From Patescibacteria group bacterium (lineage in GTDB: Bacteria > Patescibacteriota > Patescibacteriia > UBA1558 > GWA2-36-10), in NCBI GenBank assembly GCA_018819405.1, contig JAHJQF010000001.1:162097-226096 (forward strand): 64,000 nt of DNA, given 5' to 3'. Shown here in pieces: positions 1 to 10,053 of the stretch. The notes under the pieces were generated by a model. That model was not told the origin of the DNA. It searched no databases and saw nothing but the letters and a program-made list of their open reading frames with translations. The position numbers and the translations under genes were made by a program. Every line of letters begins with the position of its first letter. The first letter of the stretch is position 1.

Positions 1-145
1 CCGCCGGAGATCGGGGTGACTATTGCGAAGTAGCAAAGTAGTGGCAAACGAAATGCCAAAAGCCCGAGCCTTGAGAGCTCTAGTCCTTGTATACATTGCC
101 CGGACTTAGAGACGAAAGAGTCTTCTCCGGCGGCTCTTTCTTTTG
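1..145 (+). other. GC-rich structured element cut by the window edge. A long-range 10-bp pairing, 'ccgccggaga' at 1-10 with 'tctccggcgg' at 124-133, is followed by a T-rich tract.
   Basis: Seen in sequence. GC is well above the local background, the stem encloses nested hairpins such as 'tggcaaacgaaatgcca', and a T-rich tract follows. This may be the 3' part of an ncRNA or a large terminator. Confidence 0.25.
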
Positions 146-224
146 CCAATTTTGTTGTGCCTGAACATAGTAGGCGCTTACAAAATTTAGCACCCTGAGA
201 AGCTTTAGGCGTAGTGGATGATAT

Positions 225-977
225 TTATATAAAATCGCCTCGTAAAAATTTTTTGCGTTTACTCTCTTGCATTTTCTCTATGGCATAACGTAGCGTAGTG
301 CGTGGTAAATTTTTATAATTAACTTGCAAAAATTTTTCTACTCTGACGCTATCTTTTTTCCAGGACTCTCTGAGCATCCAGCCGACCGCCTTGTACATCA
401 AATCTTCTTTATCTTTCAAAAGTATTTTTGATAATCTAAAACAATCATCAAGTTTACCTTCTCTGATAAATATCCAGGTAGAAACTATAGACATCCGACG
501 CTGCCAAAGATTTTCACTTTTGGCGTATTTGTACAATATTTGTTTTGACTCTAAACCATCTAATATTGCCTGACCCAAAATATAGTGGACCGACAAATCA
601 ACTAAGTCCCAATTATTTACATAATGGCTATACTGAAGATAAAAATCTAAAATCTTTTTTTGACTTTTACTGTCTTTGAATCTCCTAGCTTGTTTGCTTT
701 TTTCAACCAAAATCAAAATAGCTACGAGTCTTATCTCGTGAATAGGAGATTTGATAAGCTTGGCAAGCTCTATAAAACTCAAATCCAAAAATTGCCTAGC
801 TACTAACCTAGTATTTGGTACTGTGATACCTATAAATTTATCACCCTCACCATATTGCCCTTGGCCGGTTTTAAAAAACCATTGATTGGTTTTTTGCCGT
901 TCAAGTGAAGAATATTTTTTTAGTTCTTTTATCAAATCATTGGCTCCTGCCCCCTTAGAAATTCTATTATTTTTCAT
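225..977 (-). CDS. DNA alkylation repair enzyme (AlkD-like HEAT-repeat DNA glycosylase family)
   Basis: A 250-aa ORF. The N-terminal 'QWFFKTGQGQYGEGDKFIGITVPNTRLVARQF' is typical of the DNA_alkylation repair (PF08713) family. Confidence 0.6.
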   Translation of the reverse strand: MKNNRISKGAGANDLIKELKKYSSLERQKTNQWFFKTGQGQYGEGDKFIGITVPNTRLVARQFLDLSFIELAKLIKSPIHEIRLVAILILVEKSKQARRFKDSKSQKKILDFYLQYSHYVNNWDLVDLSVHYILGQAILDGLESKQILYKYAKSENLWQRRMSIVSTWIFIREGKLDDCFRLSKILLKDKEDLMYKAVGWMLRESWKKDSVRVEKFLQVNYKNLPRTTLRYAIEKMQESKRKKFLRGDFI

Positions 978-1146
978 AACTATATTATTTATTTTGTCCC
1001 CAAAAAATTTTGTAAATTTCTAACGGGGTTTATAAATTATAATTTATATATAGCCTACTATAAAAATATATAACTTTGGTAAATAAAAAACAAGCTATAA
1101 TCCGGGCAACACACAAGTGGATTAGAGCTTGTTTTAAAAAGCAAAA

Positions 1147-1458
1147 TTATTTTTTTTCTTCGTTTTTTTGGCTAACAGCGGGAGTTGGTTTTGCTCCAGA
1201 CTTTTTGATCATCTTGGCAAATCTTACTTTTTTACGGTCAGCTGTGTTAGCTTTCAAGATGCCAGCTCTGACGGCCTTATCAACTGTTTTCTGCAGCTTG
1301 TGAGTAAGCTCACCAGCTTTTTTATCAATTTCACCGGCGGCAACTGCCTTTTGTCCGCTCTTGATAATTTCTTTGATACTTCTTTTAACCAAAGAATTAC
1401 GCTCAGTGCGCTTCTTGGTCTGTTTCAAGTGTTTTTCCTGTGCTTTACGATTTGGCAT
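1147..1458 (-). CDS. rpsT: 30S ribosomal protein S20
   Basis: A 103-aa, Lys/Arg-rich protein. The 'AQEKHLKQTKKRTERN...IDKKAGELTHKLQKTVDKAVRAGILKANTADRKK' layout matches S20. Confidence 0.85.
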   Translation of the reverse strand: MPNRKAQEKHLKQTKKRTERNSLVKRSIKEIIKSGQKAVAAGEIDKKAGELTHKLQKTVDKAVRAGILKANTADRKKVRFAKMIKKSGAKPTPAVSQKNEEKK

Positions 1459-1579
1459 AGCCCGTTAGAAATTAATTGTCTTTATTGTTGCCCCATCCGT
1501 AGAGAAATACTAGTATTTCTAAAGGGCATAAATATTTATCTTCTTAAGTTAAGACTTGTAAGATATTATCATAAAAATA

Positions 1580-2683
1580 CTAGTCCGTCAAGTCTAAGAA
1601 ATATCTATTTAAGCTGTCTATTACATACGGCGGTTCTATACGTTTTTTGGCTAATGTTGGCTTATCTATTTGGTCAAAAACAATAGCCTGGTCCACTGAA
1701 AAATCACCTATTTTATCTCTTCTGAGATCCGCTAAAAGAGCGCCTGTCTTCATAGCTTGGCCCAAATCATCAGCTAGACTACGGATATAAGTACCCACTG
1801 AGCAGCTTACTTCCAGCTTCAAATTTGGATATCTAAAACTTTTTATTTTCAAGTTATAAATTTCTATCTCCTTGGCGGGTCTAGCTACTTCCTTGCCTTG
1901 TCTAGCTAGCTTGTGTAATTTTTGTCCGCCTATTTTTTTGGCACTATAGATAGGGGCTAACTGAATTTGTCTGCCGACGAATTTTTGTAATACTTTTTCC
2001 AATTCATTTTGGGAAAAAGGTTTAGCTTTTTTATTTTGTGTTATTTTACCCTCCAAATCAAATGTATCTGATGTCTGACCAAATAAAATATCAGCTATAT
2101 ATATTTTTGGCCAAAAATGAAACCAATCAAGCAATCTAGTAGCAGAGCCAGTAGCTACTATCAAAAGACCAGAGGCAAGAGGATCAAGCGTGCCGGAAAA
2201 TCCAACTTTTTTTATATTTAAAATTTTTCTAAAAATAGTCACCACATTAAAAGAATTGACGCCTTTCTTTTTATCAACCAGATAAATACCAGTATTTCTA
2301 TCTTCCAAAACTGATCTTAATTTTGAACTTTTAAAAATCTCTGGGCTGACCAGGGGAATAATTTTTTTATTTTTAAAATCCGAAAAAATTTTATGGAGCA
2401 TCAACTGATCCTGACCAAAAACTAAAATATCCGGTTTTAAATCAGTTAAAATTTCTCCAGCGTTTTGCTTGTTTCTAAGATATACTTCAAGACCCAACTT
2501 TTGTAGTTGATTTTTTCGCAAACTTTCTTTGTTGTAGGGTAAATAATTTCTAAACTTGCCAATAGCTTGGTCTGATTCTAATACTACTGTCACCTGCCCT
2601 AATTTCCTAGCAGACCTGATGAGTTCCATATGCCCAGGATGTAATATATCAAATTTACCAAAAATTATAACACGCTTGGCCAT
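1580..2683 (-). CDS. truB: Fusion protein. The N-terminus is an FMN adenylyltransferase-like nucleotidyltransferase domain and the C-terminus is tRNA pseudouridine(55) synthase TruB.
   Basis: The N-terminal 'VIIFGKFDILHPGHMELI' matches the RibF N-domain (H/T)xGH motif. The C-terminus carries the TruB catalytic motif 'GTLDPLASGLLIV' and 'IYSAKKIGGQKLHKLARQG'. Confidence 0.8.
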   Translation of the reverse strand: MAKRVIIFGKFDILHPGHMELIRSARKLGQVTVVLESDQAIGKFRNYLPYNKESLRKNQLQKLGLEVYLRNKQNAGEILTDLKPDILVFGQDQLMLHKIFSDFKNKKIIPLVSPEIFKSSKLRSVLEDRNTGIYLVDKKKGVNSFNVVTIFRKILNIKKVGFSGTLDPLASGLLIVATGSATRLLDWFHFWPKIYIADILFGQTSDTFDLEGKITQNKKAKPFSQNELEKVLQKFVGRQIQLAPIYSAKKIGGQKLHKLARQGKEVARPAKEIEIYNLKIKSFRYPNLKLEVSCSVGTYIRSLADDLGQAMKTGALLADLRRDKIGDFSVDQAIVFDQIDKPTLAKKRIEPPYVIDSLNRYFLDLTD

Positions 2684-2688
2684 AGGTA

Positions 2689-5622
2689 TTATTCTTCCAG
2701 ATTAACTATTATACCAGGCGTGGTAATCAATCTGTCTGAAAGATCTTTGACCACCATAAACAATTTGTATATTCCTGGACCAAGATCTTTATCCCAAACA
2801 ACTGACAAATTATTTTGATAAGGATTTTCAATATAGGTAAACCAATGAGATTGATTTTCCGGATCAAGATAATAAAAATCTATTTTCTTTACTTGAGTTG
2901 GTTGATCAATATTTAATTCCAAAGTATAGGGAGCATTAGATAGTTTGAGATTAGCCCCATTAGCTGGTGAAATCCAAACTAAATTAAATTGTCTATCAGC
3001 GGCATCCAGATTGATGTCTATATTCATAGAAGTTTCTTTGAAATTATCCAGATCATCAAAAGCAATGGCTTTTAGAGCATGCTGTCCGTTGCTAACAAAA
3101 GGATTAACTTGATAATTAAGATTATATGGGGAATCATAAACTTTGCCGACTAGATTGTCATCCAAGAAAAATTCAACTCTGGAGATGCCACGAGGTGCAT
3201 CAGCATCTACCTGCATATTAAATACAGCCTCATTGATATTTTGATTTTGGCTTGGGCTAACCCAAGAAATTGACGGTCTAAGCTCTGGCCTATGAATATC
3301 ATCATATACTGTAGGGGCTCTTTCTGACTCAAAGCCCTGCTCTTCTGCCCAAGCCAGAATAGGACCCTCCCATAGATTGAACTGAGGCTCGTTGTTTGGA
3401 TCGTCAAGCGGGTCGCCCAAGGGATCATTTATATTTACATAATATAAAATACTATGAGTTTCTAAAAAATTCTTTTTTTCTCTGGTGGTATATGGCGTAT
3501 ATTCAGTGGCTAATTTACCACTCATGTTATCAATCTCTACTGGTTCTGCCCCAGACAGCTTACCGCAGACCATTGGTTTGGAGCAGCTATTAAGTTCTTG
3601 TTTTTTAAAATCTTTTACCTCCATACCAGCTGTGACTTCACGCATAAATTTGTTCCAAATTGGCGCAGCTACCACCGAACCGCTGGCTCCCTGTTTCATC
3701 TCAGTATTATTATTGTTGCCCACCCAAACACCCGTGGCAATCTGAGGAGTAAATCCAATAGTCCAAGCATCACGATAATCATTGGTAGTACCAGTCTTAG
3801 CGGCCACTGATCTATCAGGCAAAGTCAGATAATTACTCTCACCAAATACATAAGCTCTAGCAGCATTATCAGATAAAATATCATTGAGCATTCTGACATA
3901 TTCTTTATCAATCACCCTGCGTCCTTTTTCTTCTCCGTTTTCTTCTATAATCTTGCCCTTGGAATCTTTTATTTCCAAAACTGCTATGGTATTTTTATAA
4001 ACTCCTTCTCTGGCAAAAGTGGCATAACCATTGGTATGCTCCAGTAGTTTTACTTCAGCTCCTCCCAACACCAAAGATAAACCATAACGATCAGGATCGG
4101 TCAAAGTAGTATAGCCAAAATCAGCTGCTAAATCTGTTACATTTCTGACCCCGGCTAAATATAAAGCCTTTACTGCCGGGATATTAAGAGACCCCGCCAA
4201 GGCTTGTTTGATACTTACCGGGCCATGTTGTACCTGATCATAGTTACGCGGTTCATATTTGTCCCCTGAAGAGGCAAAATTGGTCAAAACATCATAAAGT
4301 ATAGTATCAGGCCTATACCCCTTTTCAAAAGCTTTTAGATAAACTAAAGGTTTGAGCGAACTACCAGGCTGTCTATCTGAAACGACCACATTTACCTGAC
4401 CATCTATCTCATCATCAAAATAGTTTTTGGAGCCTACCATAGCCAATATTTGAGCACTCTCTGTATCAAGAGAAACTAAGGCCGCATTGGAAGCATTATA
4501 ATTTTCGCTGTTTCTAGGAGCAATTTCATTTATAGCTGCCTCCGCTTTTTGTTGGGCTGACCAATCAAGTGAAGTCTTTATCTCCCAGCCGCTTTGTTGC
4601 ACCAAAGAGGCTCCATATTTTTGTTCCAAAAGTTCACGCACATACATCACAAAATGTGGTGCTTTTATTTGCTCAGCTCTTTTCTTAAATACTAATCCCT
4701 GGTTTTTGGCAGCCTCAGCCTCATCTTTTGTAATGTAACCCTGATCGACCATCAAATCCAAAATATATTGCTGACGACCAGTCAATAAATCACGATTATT
4801 TCCATAGGGTGAATAAAGAGTTGGCGCTTGTGGTAAAGCTGCTAGTATTGCCGCCTCAGCCAAAGTCAACTCTTGAACATGTTTATCAAAATAATATTGT
4901 GAAGCGGCTTCTACTCCATAAACTGCGCCGCCATAGGGTATTTCATTAAAATAAAATTCTAATATTTGGTCTTTGCTGAATTTTTGTTCAAGTCTATATG
5001 ACAAAATCCATTCTTTTATTTTTCTGGATATTTTTCTTTCGTCCGTTAGGATGGCATTTTTGACAAACTGTTGGGTGAGAGTAGATCCTCCCTGAGAACG
5101 TCTGCCTTGTAAGCGAGGGACAATTTGTCCTCGTATAATGCCCCAAACAGAAATACCTTGGTGGTCATAAAAATTTTTGTCCTCCATGGCAATGGTGGCA
5201 TTTTTGACATAGTCTGGAATCTCAGTAATAGATACCTGAGTTCTATTTTCAGCGCCATGTACTTCATAAAGTAAAACCTCGCCGGTCCTGTCATATATTT
5301 TAGTTGACAGTGCTACCGAACGATCAAGTAGCTTGCCCGGTTCTGGTAAATCTCGTGAGTACCAAGCCACCATTCCAATAAATACAATGCCTCCTAGGAA
5401 AATCAGACCCAGTATATGAGGCCAAAACCTCTTAAATAGCTTCCTAATCCAGCCTGAGCCATTAGATTTTTTAGGACCAGAACCCTTTTTATACAAAAAA
5501 CGCCCAGAAAAAACCTTTTTTTTGGCTTTTATACCATCAGTTATAGGCTTGTGAGCAAACTGAGGGATATTGTCACCAATCTTTTTTTTGGTGAAATTTG
5601 ACTGAAAATGTGGTATTGGCAT
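2689..5622 (-). CDS. Class A penicillin-binding protein (bifunctional transglycosylase/transpeptidase, PBP1A family) with a C-terminal extension of about 250 aa
   Basis: N-terminal TM helix. Transglycosylase motifs include 'QGGSTLTQQFVKN', and transpeptidase motifs are SxxK 'GSSLKP' and KTG 'KTGTTND'. The protein is 977 aa. Confidence 0.85.
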   Translation of the reverse strand: MPIPHFQSNFTKKKIGDNIPQFAHKPITDGIKAKKKVFSGRFLYKKGSGPKKSNGSGWIRKLFKRFWPHILGLIFLGGIVFIGMVAWYSRDLPEPGKLLDRSVALSTKIYDRTGEVLLYEVHGAENRTQVSITEIPDYVKNATIAMEDKNFYDHQGISVWGIIRGQIVPRLQGRRSQGGSTLTQQFVKNAILTDERKISRKIKEWILSYRLEQKFSKDQILEFYFNEIPYGGAVYGVEAASQYYFDKHVQELTLAEAAILAALPQAPTLYSPYGNNRDLLTGRQQYILDLMVDQGYITKDEAEAAKNQGLVFKKRAEQIKAPHFVMYVRELLEQKYGASLVQQSGWEIKTSLDWSAQQKAEAAINEIAPRNSENYNASNAALVSLDTESAQILAMVGSKNYFDDEIDGQVNVVVSDRQPGSSLKPLVYLKAFEKGYRPDTILYDVLTNFASSGDKYEPRNYDQVQHGPVSIKQALAGSLNIPAVKALYLAGVRNVTDLAADFGYTTLTDPDRYGLSLVLGGAEVKLLEHTNGYATFAREGVYKNTIAVLEIKDSKGKIIEENGEEKGRRVIDKEYVRMLNDILSDNAARAYVFGESNYLTLPDRSVAAKTGTTNDYRDAWTIGFTPQIATGVWVGNNNNTEMKQGASGSVVAAPIWNKFMREVTAGMEVKDFKKQELNSCSKPMVCGKLSGAEPVEIDNMSGKLATEYTPYTTREKKNFLETHSILYYVNINDPLGDPLDDPNNEPQFNLWEGPILAWAEEQGFESERAPTVYDDIHRPELRPSISWVSPSQNQNINEAVFNMQVDADAPRGISRVEFFLDDNLVGKVYDSPYNLNYQVNPFVSNGQHALKAIAFDDLDNFKETSMNIDINLDAADRQFNLVWISPANGANLKLSNAPYTLELNIDQPTQVKKIDFYYLDPENQSHWFTYIENPYQNNLSVVWDKDLGPGIYKLFMVVKDLSDRLITTPGIIVNLEE

Positions 5623-5952
5623 ATCCCGTTAGAAATTTAAATAATTTTTTAATCTATTTTTTATATATTTTTTACCCATTCCTGATTTTATAAATAACAC
5701 TTGACCAGAGCTATTCTTCTTTATTCTAGCATTAATATCATTACTAAGACCAGTATACCATTTTTTATCTACTAGACTAGACCATATATTGTTTGACTTT
5801 ATTTCTAACGGGACATAGTATTTCAATTATAGCAAAAATAAGCTATAATTTGAATACAAACCCCACACCTTTTTAGAGTTTAATACTCGTATAAAGTATA
5901 TAATAAATCAAAAAAGGTGCTGGGTGAAAGTATTAAAAATGAGAGTAAAAGT

Positions 5953-7149
5953 ATGTCTAAGATTAATACAGATACAGAAAAAATTCAAGAGCTATTGACC
6001 CGTGGGGTTGAGGAAGTGATTGATAAAAACAATTTAGAAAAAAAATTAAGGTCGGGCAAAATGCTCCGCGTTAAACTTGGTATTGATCCCACTAGCCCAA
6101 ATTTGCATCTTGGCCGCGCTATACCATTACTCAAACTAAGAGATTTCCAAGAACTGGGGCATAAAATAGTTTTTATTATTGGTGACTTCACTGGTGTCAT
6201 TGGTGATACCTCCGATAAAGAAAGCGAAAGACCAATGCTGGACGAAAAAACCATCCAGCAAAATATGAAAAATTATGTCAATCAAGTAAAAAAAATACTA
6301 GACATCAAAAAATGCGAAATCCGCTACAACAGCCAGTGGCTGAAAAAATTAAACTACCACAATATCGGTCAGCAAGCTGACATCTTTTCTCTCAATGAAT
6401 TCATCTCCCGAGAAAACATTGCCAAAAGATTAAAAGCCGGCAAACGCATTTCTTTGCGCGAACTTCTTTATCCTCTAATGCAGGGCTATGATTCGGTAGC
6501 TATTAAAGCTGATGTGGAAATAGGCGGCACTGACCAAAGATTCAATCTTTTGGCTGGTAGAGAATTGCAAAGACACTACCAACAAATTCCCCAAGATATC
6601 ATCACCAATCCCCTAATCGCTGGTTTGGACGGTCGCAAAATGAGCTCCAGCTGGGGCAATACCATAAACCTCTTGGACAATGCCAAAGATATGTACGGCA
6701 AAATCATGTCTTTGCGTGATGATTTAATTATTCAATATTTTACGCTATCCACTCGCCTGCCAATGGCTACTATTGATAAATACCAAAAAGAATTGACTGA
6801 GGGGAAAAATCCCCGCGACTATAAAATACAATTGGCCAAAGAAATTGTCGCCTTTTATCATTCCAGCTCAGAAGCGGAAAAAGCCAGTCAGGAATTTATT
6901 AAAATTTTTAGCAAAAAAGAAAAGCCAAGCGATATAGAAGAGTTTGCTATAAGCGCCAGCAAAATCAATCCGGCTGATTTGCTACTGCAAATGAAACTAA
7001 CCAATTCCAAAAGCGATGCCAGGCGCCTGATAGATGGTGGTGGCTTGAAACTAAATGACCAAAAAATAATTTCCTGGAAAAACGATATTACCATAAAATC
7101 CGGAGATATAATTCAGGCCGGCAAAAGGAAATTCGGAAAAGTAAAATAA
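5953..7149 (+). CDS. tyrS: Tyrosyl-tRNA synthetase. The ORF track begins at 5917, but the start is likely 5953.
   Basis: HIGH-like 'NLHLGR', KMSKS-like 'KMSSS', and a C-terminal S4 domain 'DARRLIDGGGLKLNDQKI'. Confidence 0.8.
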   Translation: MSKINTDTEKIQELLTRGVEEVIDKNNLEKKLRSGKMLRVKLGIDPTSPNLHLGRAIPLLKLRDFQELGHKIVFIIGDFTGVIGDTSDKESERPMLDEKTIQQNMKNYVNQVKKILDIKKCEIRYNSQWLKKLNYHNIGQQADIFSLNEFISRENIAKRLKAGKRISLRELLYPLMQGYDSVAIKADVEIGGTDQRFNLLAGRELQRHYQQIPQDIITNPLIAGLDGRKMSSSWGNTINLLDNAKDMYGKIMSLRDDLIIQYFTLSTRLPMATIDKYQKELTEGKNPRDYKIQLAKEIVAFYHSSSEAEKASQEFIKIFSKKEKPSDIEEFAISASKINPADLLLQMKLTNSKSDARRLIDGGGLKLNDQKIISWKNDITIKSGDIIQAGKRKFGKVK

Positions 7150-7176
7150 AAAAGTAATTTTAATATTAACTACATA

Positions 7177-7530
7177 TTGATGACACTATTTAAAAAAAGA
7201 GCCGCTTGGCGCATTGGGCCATTCTGGTTTTTTTGGATAAATATGGGATACCTTTTTGGAAAAATTGAAATTTTAGAAGATAAAATAAAAATTATCATTC
7301 CTTTTAAAACCTACGAAATTAAAAAACAAAATATACTGGCAATAGAGCAAGTAAAAAGTATCAAAGAAAAAGGATTGTATTATCGCCAATTTGGTTACCC
7401 TATGTTTAGAGTGCAACACAATGACCCGAGATACAAAAATATCAAATTTTTCTTTTCCCTCGGCGGTAAAAAAAATACTCAAAAATCACTACTAATGGCC
7501 TTAAAAAAAGCAAAAATAAAATATACATAA
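7177..7530 (+). CDS. hypothetical small protein (N-terminal hydrophobic segment)
   Basis: An ORF only, AT-rich like the host, with no recognisable motif. Confidence 0.3.
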   Translation: MMTLFKKRAAWRIGPFWFFWINMGYLFGKIEILEDKIKIIIPFKTYEIKKQNILAIEQVKSIKEKGLYYRQFGYPMFRVQHNDPRYKNIKFFFSLGGKKNTQKSLLMALKKAKIKYT

Positions 7531-7621
7531 AAATACAAAAAAAATGAAAAATGGGACAAGAAATAATACTCTTGCCCCACTTTGTTTTTTAGGGACCTCT
7601 TTCCCTTAAAAGGTTATACTA

Positions 7622-8563
7622 CTATTTCAAATCTTTTCTATAAAACTCAGCAGCGTCATCAGGATCTATTGGATTGATGATAAGTCCAGATCCAATCTCC
7701 ACTCCGGCCCAGACTGAACCGCGCGGTACTATTTTCATATAAAGATGTTGGTCATTGTCATTGATGACCTGATGAAAATAAAAATTATAAGGCAAATCAA
7801 GCTGACCAATTTTTATTAAAATATGTTTTAGGATTTTGGCAAATGAATTTCTCTCATCCTTTGTAAGCTCTGTGATATTGTCCCGATGAGCCAGAGGCAT
7901 AATCCAAACTTCATAATTGAACATGGAGGCATACGGGGTAAAGGCTACTACATTTTTATCTCTATAAATAAGCCGCGGCCCTTTTGATTCTTTATGTATT
8001 ACATCACAGTATACGCAGTGTCCGTGCTGAAGTTTATAAGCCTGCTGACGCTGACTTTTATCAAAAATATGTGGTGGTAAAAACTGAGTAGCAAATATCT
8101 GGCTATGAGAGTGCTGCAAACTAGCCCCAGCCACGCCACCATTATTTTTAAAAATCAAAATATATTCTATTTTTTTATCTTTGGAAATGGCTTTGGTCCT
8201 AGCCGCATAAGCTTCCAAAAGATCCGCTATCTGACTTACTGATAAATCCTCCAACTCTAGAGTATGATCAGATGTTTCTATCACTACTTCCTGATGACCG
8301 TAAGCTTTGGGGTTGTCTGTAGAGACTGCTGGATAAATATTTTTTATAATATTTATAGCCCAATCCTCTTTTCCGCCTTTGCGATATAAGCTCTTTACAT
8401 CCTTTAGATTTGACGGACAAAAAATACAACTTGCTTCCAATTTTTTCTTGTGTTCACCTGGACGGACAGTATCATGTGGTCTTTTACCACGCTTGGGAGC
8501 AATAATTACATACTTTTCTTGGATATAGTCTTTCCTTATTTCTGGTTTGGTCATTTTTGACAT
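7622..8563 (-). CDS. GalT-like hexose-1-phosphate nucleotidyltransferase (HIT superfamily; galactose-1-P uridylyltransferase or ADP-glucose phosphorylase type)
   Basis: Cys/His zinc motif 'CIFCP...HGHCVYCD' and active-site HxHxQ 'LQHSHSQIFA'. It is the last gene of the glycogen operon. Confidence 0.65.
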   Translation of the reverse strand: MSKMTKPEIRKDYIQEKYVIIAPKRGKRPHDTVRPGEHKKKLEASCIFCPSNLKDVKSLYRKGGKEDWAINIIKNIYPAVSTDNPKAYGHQEVVIETSDHTLELEDLSVSQIADLLEAYAARTKAISKDKKIEYILIFKNNGGVAGASLQHSHSQIFATQFLPPHIFDKSQRQQAYKLQHGHCVYCDVIHKESKGPRLIYRDKNVVAFTPYASMFNYEVWIMPLAHRDNITELTKDERNSFAKILKHILIKIGQLDLPYNFYFHQVINDNDQHLYMKIVPRGSVWAGVEIGSGLIINPIDPDDAAEFYRKDLK

Positions 8564-8587
8564 AATTATATTGAATTTATTGAAATA

Positions 8588-10051
8588 TTATTTTAACTTT
8601 TTATAAAGGCTTAGATATTTTTTGGCTGACATGTCCCAAGAAAAATCTTGTTTCATGCCATAAGTTATCATCTTTTTCATTTTAGCCTGATTCTGCCAAA
8701 TACGCAAAGAAATTTCTATAGCTTTGGCAGCTTCTGTTGGATTATATTTTTTAAAAACAATACCTGACTTATTATTTATCACAGTGTCTTTGAGACCGCC
8801 CGTAGCCCTGACAATAGGCACGGTACCATATCTCATAGCTATCATCTGCCCCAAACCGCAAGGCTCAAAACGAGACGGCATTAAGAAAAAATCTGAACCG
8901 GCATATATCTTTTGAGCCAAGGGGAGTGAAAAACTAATATTACTACTTACTTTTTCCGGATATTTTTTGGCCAGTTTTTTAAAAGCGTTTTCTATTTTGG
9001 GATGACCAGTGCCAAGCACTACTACTTGGAAGTCGTATTTTTTTAGATTTTTTTCCAAAGCTGGCACCAAAATATCAATGCCTTTTTGGCTAACCAAACG
9101 AGACACCAATCCCAAAACTGGTGTATCCTTAATTGGTAATTTTAGCTTCTTTTGCAAATCCTTTTTATTTATTTGCTTGGCTGAAACAAAATTTTGCAGA
9201 TTGTATTTCTTCTTCAAATTTTTGTCACGACTAGGATCAAACAATTTGGTATCAATCCCATTTAATATACCAAAAAGGTGTTTTTGACGCCGGCCGAGGT
9301 ATTCTTCAAGACCTTCACCATATTCTTTAGAAAGAATTTCTTTAGCATAGGTAGGACTGACAGTACTTATATAATCAGCCGATAAAATACCCACTTTCAT
9401 TGAGTCAATTTTTTGGCCATCTTTATCCAAATAATCCTCCATCAAAGCCGGAGTTAAGTGGGCATTTAAACCAGCGTAATCCAATATATCAAAACCGGTA
9501 ATACCCTGATGAGCTAGATTGTGAATAGTCAGGATACTTTTTATATTTTCAAAGTCTTTGTCACTCAAAGAATACTCATCTATAAAAGTCGGGGCCAAGG
9601 CCGTATGCCAATCATGAGCATGGATAATATCCGGTTTCCATTTCATGACTTTTATAGTTTCAATCACCGCCTTAGAAAAGAAAGCAAAGCGTTCTACGTC
9701 GCCCACTTTTTTCTTGGCACTTTGCTTGCTATCAATATAAACTTGTTTGGCATCAAAAATCCTATTTTTAATCAAATAAACAGGTACTTTGGAACCAGGT
9801 AAAAGACATTTATATAAATCGAACTTGTGCTCACGTTCGTTTATTTTGAGAGCAATATCCTTTTTATATAACTTAATATTATATTTTCTTTTATTTATCA
9901 AACCATAAAAAGGTAAAAATGTTTTTACATCCACTGAAAGCTTAACTAACGCCTGTGGCAATGAACCAACCACATCAGCCAATCCTCCTACTTTTACAAA
10001 TGGCGCCATTTCGGCGGCCATAAAAATAACTTGCATTTTATTTTTTGGCAT
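8588..10051 (-). CDS. glgA: Glycogen/starch synthase (GT5, GlgA)
   Basis: N-terminal 'MAPFVKVGGLADVVGSLPQAL' is the K-x-G-G-L signature; full GT-B length (487 aa). Confidence 0.85.
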   Translation of the reverse strand: MPKNKMQVIFMAAEMAPFVKVGGLADVVGSLPQALVKLSVDVKTFLPFYGLINKRKYNIKLYKKDIALKINEREHKFDLYKCLLPGSKVPVYLIKNRIFDAKQVYIDSKQSAKKKVGDVERFAFFSKAVIETIKVMKWKPDIIHAHDWHTALAPTFIDEYSLSDKDFENIKSILTIHNLAHQGITGFDILDYAGLNAHLTPALMEDYLDKDGQKIDSMKVGILSADYISTVSPTYAKEILSKEYGEGLEEYLGRRQKHLFGILNGIDTKLFDPSRDKNLKKKYNLQNFVSAKQINKKDLQKKLKLPIKDTPVLGLVSRLVSQKGIDILVPALEKNLKKYDFQVVVLGTGHPKIENAFKKLAKKYPEKVSSNISFSLPLAQKIYAGSDFFLMPSRFEPCGLGQMIAMRYGTVPIVRATGGLKDTVINNKSGIVFKKYNPTEAAKAIEISLRIWQNQAKMKKMITYGMKQDFSWDMSAKKYLSLYKKLK

Positions 10052-10053
10052 TT

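Noticed and set aside
1168-1686. Plus-strand ORF of 172 aa overlapping rpsT and the truB fusion gene
   Set aside because: It is antisense to two well-supported genes. It is a low-complexity hydrophobic translation typical of AT-rich antisense frames.
5629-5826. 65-aa ORF upstream of the PBP gene
   Set aside because: It requires a TTG start and has no SD. It lies entirely between the two arms of the CCCGTTAGAAAT inverted repeat, so it is probably a non-coding structured 5' region. This is left as uncertain.
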